A DNA stretch of 64,000 nucleotides, from assembly GCF_009914755.1 (NCBI RefSeq), contig NC_060944.1; one strand, written 5' to 3'. Shown here piece after piece: positions 43,746-64,000 of this stretch (position 1 is its first letter; each line of letters begins with the position of its first letter). The position numbers and the translations under genes are program-made. The notes below the pieces were generated by a model. That model saw only the letters and a program-made list of their open reading frames with translations, was not told where the DNA came from and made no database searches. The stretch is from the human T2T-CHM13v2.0 reference genome, Homo sapiens.

Positions 43746-44294
43746 ACAGATGAGACAACTGAGCCTCAGTGAAGGGAAGTGGCTCTTTAGGGTCATACAG
43801 GAGTAAAGACACAGCCAAGACTAGCACCCAGGCTAGAGCCTGGGCTGTTGACCTTTCTGCTTCATCATTTGCCTCCCATACCTTTCCTGGGCTCGTCAGT
43901 CCTGGGGATGCTCAACTCACCCAACACTGTGTTTCAAGCCCAGGGAATCCAGGATCGGTTAGTTCAGTGGTTAGGGGTATGGGCTGCTTGGATTCTATTT
44001 CCAGCGCCACCAAGGGGCCTTATTCTGTCTGAACCTTGGTTTTCTCCTCTGCAAAATGGGGCTAACAGTGCATACCCTTGTAGCACTGTTACAAGGTAGG
44101 GGAACTGTACAGATGTAATGATTTGTGTATGTGAGTCATTTACAAGCCTTTGGAGTGGCTGGCACCCATCATTGTTTGCTGTTGCTGTGATTATCATGCC
44201 ATTGGACTGTGGCTTGAAACCCTACAGGCCCAAGGCTCCCTTTAATAGTAGTTATAATGCTTCTTTTCTAAAATAAAATACATGAATAACATAA

Positions 44295-44603
<309 letters not shown>

Positions 44604-44889
44604 ATGCATAGTTTTAAACATAAATAATGTCCTAGTTGTAATTTAAAAGAAAATAAAGTGAAAATAATTTAGAATAAATTAATATGTAAATGTTCCAGGA
44701 CAATGTGTAGAAACCATCACAAAGTAGTTGGGTGGGCGCTGCTCTGGGTGGAATCATTGAGAATCTGCAGGCTGAATTGGTAACGCCGCACTGGCGGCAC
44801 ATGCACTGTGACTGCATGGCTGTGATAGTCTGAAATGTGAGCAGTCTAGGTAAAGTTCTGAACCAAACACAATCCATTCTGTTCCCAAT

Positions 44890-45246
44890 CGCTACAGACT
44901 AAATGTTTGTCTCCCCCAAACTCTTACGTCAAAGCCTAATCCCCAGCGTGATGGTATTAGGAGATAGGGCCTTTTGGAGGTGATTAGGTTATGAGTGCAG
45001 AGCCCTCATGAGTGGGATTAGTGCCCTTATAAAAGAGGCCCCAGAGAGCTCTGCTGCCCCTTCTACCATGTGAGGACACGGTGAGAAGCCATCTATGAAC
45101 CAGGAAGCGGTCTTCACCAGACATGGAATCTGCCAGCTCCTGGATGTTGGACTTGCCAGGCTTCGGATCTGTAAGAAATAAATTTCTGTTGCTTATAAGC
45201 CACCAGTCTGTGTAATTTGTTACAGTGGCCTGAACTGACTAAGACA
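44890..45246 (+). mobile_element. MST (MSTD-like) MaLR solo LTR with 5-bp TSD CCAAT
   Basis: GGGATTAGTGCCCTTATAAAAGAGGCCCCAGAGAG, AATAAA 45177-45182, end GACTAAGACA; CCAAT at 44885-44889 and 45247-45251. Confidence 0.85.
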
Positions 45247-45309
45247 CCAATTTATGTGAAGGTTGCTTTCCTGGCAGAGTCGCTGTGTATTAAAACCAAG
45301 CAAACACAC

Positions 45310-46400
<1,091 letters not shown>

Positions 46401-46799
46401 AAATGAAAACCCCCACACATTATGTTTATATGTAAAATAGAATTCGGTCCTTGGCTCAGATAATTAAAAACAAGGTTTTTACCTACACTAATTACCAAAG
46501 GGAGATTTGAAAATCATGACTTGAGATGCACTGCAGGATGTCTGCACCCTTGCTCCCCTCCTGCATGGCCGGGGCACCCCCTGGTCACTGGGAACTCTCC
46601 AACACTCTTGGTGACATTGCCCCCTTGAGGATCTCTGCACTGGATCTTTGCTCCCTCTCCTGCAGAACCCACAACTGCTGACTTACTGATCTTGGGTGAT
46701 GTCTGATTAAAAAGTCTCCCCAGGCTTAGGAAACTCAAGGTGCCACTGTGGACACAGCTCCCACATTTCAGCTTCCAGAAATCCTGCTTCAAATCCAGA

Positions 46800-51200
<4,401 letters not shown>

Positions 51201-51294
51201 GGCCACAGGTGTTGGGAGGAACATGTTGACAAGCTGCCCAGGATGGCCTGGAGGCCCCTTCGGGGTCCCCCAGGTAATAGCACCAAACTGCCTT

Positions 51295-51947
<653 letters not shown>

Positions 51948-52398
51948 AGAAGGACATGTCCTCACTTCTGGGCTTTTGTTTTGTGGAAGGGGTGGGATAC
52001 ATTTGAGGCCAGAAAACAGAAAGCACTGGGAAGGCTGAACAGTGGCCCCTGCACCCTCTCTCAGGATGGTGCACAGAGGAGAATGGGGACTCTGGAGCCA
52101 GGCTGTTGAGTTCAATTCCCTTCTCCCACCTTTCTTCCATGTTGTGAAGTTGGGATAATAAGAGCACCAATCTCATCAGTGTTGGGGGAAAGTGAATTTC
52201 CCATCAGTAGAGCTCAGCACTGCCCGTAGTATTTGCTCAATCAACAGCAGCCTGCATTCTCTTTGCTGCCCTCTCCACTCCAGGAAATAAGTTAAGCAGG
52301 TACCTAAATGCAATCTCAGTGTTGGGCCTCGTAAAACATCTGGGACAAGACATCCTCCATTACCAGAAAAAATGCAGTCATAAAAATCTCAAGGTTGA

Positions 52399-52728
<330 letters not shown>

Positions 52729-53939
52729 TGATACCCATTTTTAAAAATCACATACAATCAAAATTCAGGATATAATTTACATAAAAACAAAAGCACTCAT
52801 TTTGTCCATCCCTTGCTTTGGGTTTATCTACCGGTCTTGTTGACTCCATTGCTAATATACATCCAGGTCCCATCCCATCTTCCCAACCTTTCCCAGTCTT
52901 TCATCCTTCAGCTGCACCTCTATGGCAAGGAGCCACCTCATGAACATCAGTTTCAGACTTGACAGCTGATGGCCGGGGGTGCACATGGGCTTGTGGAGAC
53001 ACGGTCAGGGAGCCCTGGGTCTACACCTGAGTCTGCCTGGGCCGCTGTCCGTTGTGTAATCTTCATCAGGCCACATCCTCTCTCTGAGTCTCAGTTTTCT
53101 TTTCCTTAAATTGGAGATGAAAAAGTCTGTCTCACTTGGCAGTCAAAAAGGTCCAACAGGATAACTTCATCCATGGTGAGAGAGTGGAGGAGAGGCCCCC
53201 AGGAGGAGGCAGGGATCTCATTCTGCGGGTACTGTACTTGGTTCTGGGAGTGGGATGGCAGACAAGCGTGTCACTGTCTTTGTTCTCAGAGCTTTGGTTG
53301 TGGAACGGGAATGGGAAGGTAAGGGAGGGTACCCCTGGCAGGGGCACAGCATAAACCAGGGTGTGGAGATGGGATGGCGAGGCAGGACTGCCCCAGAACT
53401 CTGTCCCCAGGGGCTGGCAGTGCTGAGAGGGACAGAGGGAGAAGCGATTGTTTATTCTCAGCCTCAGGAGGACGCAGGAGAATCTCAGGCATCAAATTTA
53501 GTGCAGCACACCTGCCTAGGCAAAACTGGACAGCTCCACCTCAACTTTGTAGAGGGGCAGAGAAAGCTGTGGGGAACCACCTTCCTGCTCTTGTCATGAA
53601 GTCCTCCTCAACTGGAAGCCCAAGCTTCAGGCCAGGAACTTCCCCAGCAGAGGCAGCCTTCCCCAGGGGGCCAAGACCTTGGCAGAATGTCTGGGGTGCT
53701 CATGGCAGCGCCTCTCACCTGGCCCCTGCCAAATCAGTTTCTGCTTGGCCTCTGCAGGATCTGACCTCGTTGAGTCCCCAGGGCCCAGTTCTCTGCCTCT
53801 GAGGCTAAAAGTGAGATCGTTTCCTGGTTGAGGAGTGACTAAAAGACTTCTGTGTGTAGAGACTGGGTTTTGCTGTGTTGGCCAGGCTGGTCTCGAACTC
53901 CTGACCCCAAGTGATTCACCTTAAGGTGAATGTGTGGCT

Positions 53940-54370
53940 GTGTACGCGCACGTGCAGAGCAGAACCATCACTCTGCTTGGGCTAGGCAGCTGGACTAATC
54001 GTCCATTTCCCCCCGCCCGGAGGCCTCTTCCAGGCCCCCAGCTGCCCTGATGGGCCAGGTCAGCCCCCCCCACAGGAGCCCCCAGCCGCTCCCCATTCGG
54101 CTTTCCTTGTATTGTGCGCTGCCTGGTTTCTCGAGGAAATGGGGCGGCTGCTGGGTGCGGGGGCGGCCGCCAGCAGCCCCACCCCCTTCCCCCCATTGTC
54201 ACTCCTGGCTTCTGCCCCTAGCCCCTGCTGCTGACACTAAAAATAGACCTGTTCACAGGGAGACGGCCCCACCCCTGAGCGGGGCCCCAGGCTCAGTGTC
54301 AGGTTGGGTTTGCCAAGACAGAGCTGCCCTGGGGACTGAGGTGGCTCAGCTGAAAGACCGGGGTCGAAAC
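53940..54370. promoter_or_regulatory. candidate distal enhancer (GC/CpG-rich, non-repeat)
   Basis: MEF2 CTAAAAATAG 54237-54246, SOX CATTGT, ETS GAGGAAAT, GC boxes, three CAGCTG E-boxes. Confidence 0.5.
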
Positions 54371-55088
54371 ACGTTAGGGCTGTGTGACCTTAGGTCCCCT
54401 TTTCTCCTCTCTGAGCCTCAATTTCCTCACCTTTAAAATGGGGTAAGGCTACCTACCTGCTAAGGTTGCTCTTGACAATGAACAGAAGCTGGGTGAGTCA
54501 CAAGCGCACTTCGTTCTCGTCCTGCCCGTGGTTTGGTGCTGCCTGAGCGGCTTGAGAACCTGGAGGACAGATGGCATAACACACGCCTTCATCTTCAATC
54601 TGCCTTGAATGATTGCCAAGGACTTCCAAATCCCCCTAAACAGAGGAGCTGGAAGAGCCCACTTGGGAATCCAAAAGTGTCCGCAGCTCTGCTGTGTGAG
54701 CCCGGGTAGGTGCCTCCTCTCTGGCATCCATGAGCTCACACGTGAAGTATGCAGCCAGGCTGGGACTCGAACCTGTGTCTGCAGCCTCTGAAGACTGTTT
54801 TTTCCGCTTTAAGGGGCTGCCTCCATGCTGATGACTCCAAGGACTTCCTGGCTGGGATAACCCTGCCTTTTCGTCTACAAACACATGATTCATGGTGAAG
54901 GAAGATGCTGGGCGGTGGGCATGGAAGCCTGAGCTGGGGGCTGGGTAGTTCCCCTTGAGCCCATGCAGATGGGCAGCTGTCCTCAGATGCCACCTGCAGC
55001 CATTGGGTTGGGCCCTGCAAAGGAGATACTGGCATGTGTCTGTCTACCAGGCTCTTTTTTGTTGTTGTTCCTTTGTCCTTTTTTTTAA

Positions 55089-56689
<1,601 letters not shown>

Positions 56690-56699
56690 CTACATTAAA

Positions 56700-57335
<636 letters not shown>

Positions 57336-57499
57336 AAAAATTGTGGCTGTCCCTCACTTGATTCAACCAGTCTCTTATTGAAAAGTCACCCCACCTCAGC
57401 ATTTCTTCAAATCTCATCCTTATGCAGTTGGGGAAACTGAGGCCCAGGCTGGAGAACAAACTTGGGTCATTCTGCCCTGGGGGGATTGCAGAATCCAGT

Positions 57500-58100
57500 G
57501 TCCTGATTCCCGGCTCAGGTTATTTTCCAGCTCCTCCCCTACCAGGCGGGTGGCAGGGACCCCCCCTCGGCCCCACCTCCCTGCTCGCCAGGAGCAGCTG
57601 GCGTCCTGTCCCGAGAGTGACCCAGCCCCGCCCCGCCCTCGCCCCACCCTGGCCGGCCAGCTGTGGATGTGACAGGAGGCTTGGCTCTGGCTCACTCCGG
57701 CACATTCCTGGCCCAGCCACTGTTTTCCTCTTCTTCTTTTTTTTTTTGGTGGTGACTTTTTCTCCCATACCCCTCCCACTCCTTTTCCTCAAAAATGCTG
57801 TGTCTTTCCCCAGAGGGTCCCTCTGGGCGGCTCCGGGAGGGAAATGTGGCCTGGATTTCCTGGAACGCGTGGAGCTGGAGTCTCAGCGCTGGGAGGAGGG
57901 AAGCTGTTGGCAGCAGGGCACCCCCCCAACATAACTGGGCCTCCCTGGAGAAAGAGGGTGAGCGGAGCCTCAATATTCCCTTTGCACTGGGCCCTCTGAG
58001 CAGTGGCACCCGCAGCTGCAGCGAGTGGGCTGCTGCCTCGGGGATAGTGGGACGCCTCTAGGAAACCGCGGCTCTGTGATCTTGGGGAAGCTGGGCATTC
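57500..58100. promoter_or_regulatory. candidate distal regulatory element (weak orphan CpG island)
   Basis: CCCCGCCCCGCCCTCGCCCC GC boxes, CAGCTG E-boxes, STAT-type TTCCTGGAA 57857-57865, elevated CpG. Confidence 0.5.
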
Positions 58101-60329
58101 TCTCTGAGCTTGGGTTTCCTTGCTCCTTAGAACTGAGGATGTGATCTGGATCTGCCACAGCTGGTGGGACAGTCCAGTGAGGCGATGGCTGTACATGGTC
58201 CCTTTCCAAACAGGGAACAAGAAGCGAGGTGTTGGGGGCATCTGGGGATGCAGGTTTGGGGGCTGCATTTGGGGCAGCAGGGGTGGAACAGAGAATTTCC
58301 ATCCTTCCTTCTTACCTTCATTCATTCATGAGACAAACGTGTATCAGACAATTACCATTGTGCCTCTCGGGGCTCACAATAAGAGACAAGTAAATGTCTC
58401 CTGTAGGGGCAGGTGCAGATGAGTGCTCTAAGAAAAAGTGAAGCAGGGTGCAGGGATAGAGTTTCTGAGGGTGCTGGGGGGAGCTGCTCTGCTGGGGCAC
58501 CACATGAGCCCAGGCAGAGGGAGCAGTGGGTGCTGAAGGCTCTGAGGTGGGAGCAAGCAAGGAAGGGAAGAGAAGGCAAGGTTTGTGTGGAGTGGGGGAG
58601 ACAGCAGAGAGGGCTGTGGGGACTTCTGGGTGAGGCGAGGACTTTGGCTCGATTCATGGGAAGCTACGAAGGGCTTTGAGCCTGCAGTGACACAGTCTGT
58701 AAAGGACCCACGGGGCTCTACAGGAGGTGCGCACGTGGAGGAGTGACTTGGAGGCCAAGCAGCTGGGGTCCTGGCTTCAGCTCCTCCCTGGCTCTGTGAG
58801 CGTGGACAGGATGCTTCTCCTTGAGCCTCATTTTCCTCCTCAGTAGAGTGGGCTCATGGAGCTCTGAAGACTAAGAGGAAGGGTCATCAAAGTGATGACC
58901 CTTTGCCATCACTTTGCCTGTGAGCTACAGGTCTCTATAAGTGGGAGCTGTTTTTTTCTATGAGCCTCTGAGGATTGGAGCCACTTGCTTAGGGGGAGGC
59001 TTTGGGGACAGAGCCAAAGGCTGGTTCTGAGCCCAGGTAGAGCAGTGGCTGCTCAGATTTTGGGGACATGTGGTGTCATGATCTGGGAGGGGGATATTCT
59101 TGAGTTGTCTGCAGCCCTTTTCCCCTTATGGGTACGTGGCTGGATTTAGGGAACCCTAGGGCAAGGGAAGAAGGGCTAGGAGCTGCCCCTGAGATCTGTG
59201 AGATGGGAGGTGGCCGGGTGTTCAGAGGTTCTCTGAGGTTGCAGAATGCCCTGTCAACCACTCTCCCATACCCAGAGGGGGCTGGACGCATCCCTCTCTC
59301 CCTTGTCCTCAGTCTCGATTTTCTCATCTGTGAGGTGGGCACAACAAGTCCTAATCCTGGCAGTGATAGGAACGTTTGGGGAAGCAGTGATTTGTCATGC
59401 ATGATGCGGTCGGACAGGACCCTGCCCTTAAGAAGGAGGGAGCCCACCTGCCCAGGCACTGTGCTGAGCTTCTGTGCATTAGCTGAAAGTGGACAGGATG
59501 ACGTCACTTCACTGGAACTTTCTGTGGCTTCTCTTTGCTCTCCTATGGAGGTTCCATGGGAGGTAGGAGCTGGGGGCTAACCCTGCATACCTTATAAACC
59601 TCAACTCTCACATCCTCCTGGCTTTCTGTGTCCAGGTTCACAGGCCTCCTGAATCTCCCTCCTTAATGCCCACGTTGTTCTGGCCTCTGAGACATTGTGT
59701 TACTCCCTGAATTCCTTCCTCTTGCCCTAGTAAACTCTCCCTCCCTGCTCAGCTCAGTTTAACTATCTCTTCCTAGAGGAAGCCCACCCTGTCCTGTAGA
59801 CTAGGCTGAGTCTCACATTGCGGCATCTTAAGGTGCTGCCTCCTCTCCTGGTAACACCTGTCGCTGTTGTAATTTCACAGGTGTTGCTGCAATTACCTGG
59901 TTGCTGACTCTCCCCACATTAGGACTGTGTGTTCCATGAGGGCAGGGACGTTTTCTCGATCACAGCCATATCCCCAACAGTAATAGCAAATTGCAGATGC
60001 TCAATAAATGCTTTCTGGATAAATGGAGGGGTGAAATCATTTTGACAATCAGAAGAAGAAGGTGCCCCCCTTTTACAGATAAGGAACCAAAGGTACAGAG
60101 AGATTAAGTAACATGCCCCGAGGTCACACAGCCAGAATCAGATGGTGTCTGTCTGGGAATGTGTCCCTGCAAGCCAGGCCTAGAAGGTGGGCAGATGGGG
60201 TTACGCAGAGAGGAGCTAGGACCATCTGGATAAGGGAGGGTTGTGGGGGCAAGCCCCACCCATCCTTGTTTTCTCCATTCGAATAGTGGTTTGTGGCTGT
60301 TTTCCTCAAGGGCGACTCAGGTGACCTTC

Positions 60330-60680
60330 AGGTTGGGGCCTCCTGGGTCCCAGGGGCCTGCTGGGTGGAGGGCCCGGTCTGGCTGGGCTGCTTTTCTCGC
60401 CCCTTTGCCGGCCCGCTGGCTTCACGCACAGATTACAACTTCCCCTCTTCGGCCGTCTTACGCAGGCCACCTCCGGCTCGCCATTGTCTCATTGTTTGCT
60501 GAGGGAAGCTCCAGGAGGAAATCAACCTGCTGCTCACCCCAAGCAGGGAGTTTCACCCCCAGCCCCCACCCAGGGAATGCCTGGGGGGAGGGCAGGAGGG
60601 GTGGGGGCAGGTAGCAGGCAATGCAACAGGCAGCCTTGAAGGGAGTGAGCTCCCTGGCCGGGAAGTATGCAAGCAGAAGC
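60330..60680. promoter_or_regulatory. candidate enhancer
   Basis: CpG-retaining patch with tandem CATTGT, TGTTTGC and ETS cores. Confidence 0.4.
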
Positions 60681-61069
60681 TACATTCACAGCACCTATTT
60701 ACTAGGTCCTCTCCCAGGCTGCATGTCAGGCAGCTGGAGACACAGATGCTAGAAAAGGGTCTTGTCCTTAAAGACCCTGTAGCCTAGAAGAGATGCTGGG
60801 CAGGGCCTCAAAGCCAAATGCCTTAGGGGCCAGACAGGTGACAGAAATCTGTAGGCCTGCGAGCAATGCTGAGTGGTCGGGACGTTAAATGAAAACTATG
60901 GTGCGAAGGAAGGCTTTTAGATTCCAATTTTATTTTAACATGTTGCTAATCAAACAAATGAGTCCTCCAGCCTGATGTAGACTGCGGAACCCCAGCCTAG
61001 CCCTTTAGAAAGGAATTCTTGTTCTGGGGTGAAATTGGATCAATAGTTATTGGTGTCTGCCCCTATGCC

Positions 61070-61458
61070 TTTAGCTATAGCTGTGATGGGCAGTTCCCAG
61101 CACACTGACAGCATCCCTTTTCAAACACCCAGCAGTCATTTGGCTTCTCTGAAGACTTGGGAACTCTCTCAGGGACCTGGGAGGAGTTGATGCCACTAGG
61201 GGCACCCCTCAGTCAATGGGGAATGGGAGTTAGTGGGTAAATGCCCCATCCTCTTATCCATTGGAAGTTCCTGGTCACTCAAAGGTCTGCAGTGAGTTGG
61301 GGGCACTGGTTGCCCATACTGGAAACTGGCTCAATAACTCACTTTTTATCCGTTTCCCCTCTTCGCTGTCACTCTCCCAGATCCCTCTGGCTTCCTGGGC
61401 TACCGGCTCCCAAATTCTTGTCTCAGGCTCTGCTTTTAGGGGAACCCAAACTAAAACA
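61070..61458 (+). mobile_element. ERVL LTR16-like LTR
   Basis: Terminus TTGTCTCAGGCTCTGCTTTTAGGGGAACCCAAACTAAAACA. Confidence 0.6.
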
Positions 61459-62374
61459 GTCTCTAATATTCTTTCCAAATAGCTTATGATTGTACACTTA
61501 GGTGATTCTAATATCCAATGACTTTAACTCTGTGATTATAAGTTTTCATAAGTAAACCCAACTGTGATTCCAGAATGAAGTCATTCTAATATGGCCGAGA
61601 TACACCTATCAGAACTGGAATGCTCCATTTTGTACAACTGAATTTTGCTTCTCTTGAGCTCCTATTTTTTTTTTCCGATGCCAGAAAATGCAAACTTCAA
61701 AAAAATCTAGACAAAAACCAATTATTTCAGATTTGAACTCAGTTGGGTGAATCAAGCTTTCCCTGGCATCCCTTTTTTCCCGGATTCATTTAAGTCCTGG
61801 AAGGGTAGAGGCATCTTGGCATTGGTTGAGGGAAGAAGGGGTCTGTGACTGGTGTTTCTCAAGCTATACCAACCCATCTGGCTCTCCAGCATGCTTCTGC
61901 CCCCTTGGCATTCACTGGAGATGACCCACTCATGTTGATGCTTTGATCTCTAGGGTCAAAGAAGCATAGCTTTCTCCTCCTGGACCATACACTGTAAGAG
62001 TCACGTCCACTCCATTCAGTCATCTGAAAAGATGTGTTCACTTTTTACACCTCACAAGGCCCTGTATACAAACTCGTCATTCAATCAAATGTACTTGCTG
62101 AGTATCCGGCATGTGTTGGCATTGAGCCAGGCACTGAGGATACAAAGATGAAAAGACAGGTCCCTTTCCTCAAGTCATTTGCAAGCCAAATAATGTATAA
62201 ATATTTTCAACTTACATATTGTGATGTCCATTATGAAGGAACCAAATAGGGTAGGCAGAGAAAGCCTCTTTGAAGAGCTGTCATTGGAGCCAAAGTCTAA
62301 AGTCAGGGGAAGCCACAAAAAGGTTTAGCAAGAAAGACATGTCTGATTATATCTGTAACTGTAAAACATTTTCT

Positions 62375-62690
62375 TTTTCTCTTTCTTTCTTTTATTATTA
62401 TTTTTTGGAGACAGGGTCTCACTTTGTCACACAGGCCAGAGGGCACTGGTGCGATTTTGGTTCACTGCAGCCTCAACCTACGGGGCTCAAGCGATCTCCT
62501 TCCTCAGCCCCCCAAGTAGCTGGGATTCTAGGCACATGCCACCATGCCCAGTTAATTTTTTTGTATTTTTTGTAGAGATAGGGTTTCACCATGTTGCCCA
62601 GGCTGGTCTCGAACTCCTGAGCTCAAGTGATATGCCCACCTTGGCCTGCCAAAGCATTAGGATTAGAGGTGTGAGCCATCACGTTTGGCC
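62375..62690 (-). mobile_element. AluJ
   Basis: Reverse Alu, TSD TAACTGTAAAAC. Confidence 0.85.
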
Positions 62691-62989
62691 GGTAACTGTA
62701 AAACTTTTTGTAATACTGAAGGCATCTCCTGCATTTTTTCATACATTTTACTTTTCCCCTATTTATTGGTGGCCTCCATCACCTTAGAGATTCACGTCTC
62801 AAAGGACAAGAGTCATGGAAATTTAGTCAAAGCCCTGAGTAATTTGAGAGTGTACAATTTATGCCATAAATAATAGATTGAGAAGAATAGATGAGTCAAA
62901 TTGGTTTTCCTCTTTAGGAAACGAGATAAAGATTATCGGGAGGTGGGGAGAAGGGAAGTGTAGCAGAGATGTCCAGCTGTCATGCAATT

Positions 62990-63370
62990 ACCCGACTTCC
63001 CCTTCTTCTATAGCTGCAGATGGCCATGTATCTACACTGCATTTCGCTGTCTCCCTTGCAGTTTAGGCGTGGCCACGTGACCAGGCTCTGGCAAAGGATA
63101 TGTGAACCGAATGGTGTGTGCAACTTCTGGGTCATGCATTGAAAGAAAAAAAGGGGCATCCTCTTCCCACACCTCTTCTTCCCTTCCTGCCAGCTAGAAT
63201 TTGGCATGGTGGCAGGAGCAGTAGCAGCCGTCTTAGACCACAAGACTGAAGCCACACGTTGAGGATGTCAGAACAACAAAATGGAAGGATCCCAGGTATC
63301 TGACGTCATGGGACTCATAGCGGCCTAGACTGCTTGCCCCCTACTGGTTAGTGAGAGAGAAATCAATAGC
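62990..63370 (+). mobile_element. MLT1 (J-like) LTR remnant
   Basis: CTCCCTTGCAGTTTAGGCGTGGCCACGTGACCAGGCTCTGGC...GCAGCCGTCTTAGACCAC. Confidence 0.6.
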
Positions 63371-63377
63371 TGAGTTA

Positions 63378-63860
<483 letters not shown>

Positions 63861-64000
63861 CTAACTGCCTGAGTGTGTGTGCAGGCACCTGGAGCAGGAC
63901 ACTTCAGGGGAAGGGAGGTGAACTGAGGGGAAAAAGCAAAAGAAGACACCCAGAATTGACCAAGATTAAGTTTCTCCTACCTAGTGGAATGGAGGCTATT

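Noticed and set aside
44001-44019. CTCF-like motif (minus strand CCCCTTGGTGGCGCTGG)
   Set aside because: Two mismatches at core positions and within a MIR-like segment; cannot be supported without ChIP data.
57420-58679. Cluster of 100-178 aa ORFs
   Set aside because: Overlapping on both strands in GC-rich DNA, low-complexity translations, no coherent exon structure.

Overview
Primate (almost certainly human) genomic DNA, very rich in Alu, L1, L2, MIR and MaLR repeats. A TATA-less CpG-island promoter at ~28.8-29.9 kb drives a minus-strand gene whose first exon and 117-nt second exon match my recollection of the CSNK2A1 (CK2 alpha, chr20p13) 5'UTR; I could not run a database check. The window holds exon 1 (donor at 29375), intron 1, the alternative non-coding exon 2 (13641-13757) and part of intron 2. 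The first coding exon lies off the left edge, so there is no CSNK2A1 CDS here. The right ~34 kb is upstream/intergenic, with several GC-rich enhancer-like patches. Nearly all ORFs in the supplied track overlap repeats or show no supportable coding signal. I do not see a convincing new biological system. The most interesting signals are: a cassette 5'UTR exon carrying two self-contained uORFs; several short inverted-repeat clusters and a locally templated insertion that look like template-switch repair scars; a 110-bp inverted duplication; four head-to-head Alu pairs centred on a shared endonuclease-type site; a sense-oriented LTR-int-LTR MLT1 element with both polyA signals decayed; and motif evidence for a divergent promoter. 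Repeat boundaries and subfamily names were read by eye and are approximate.
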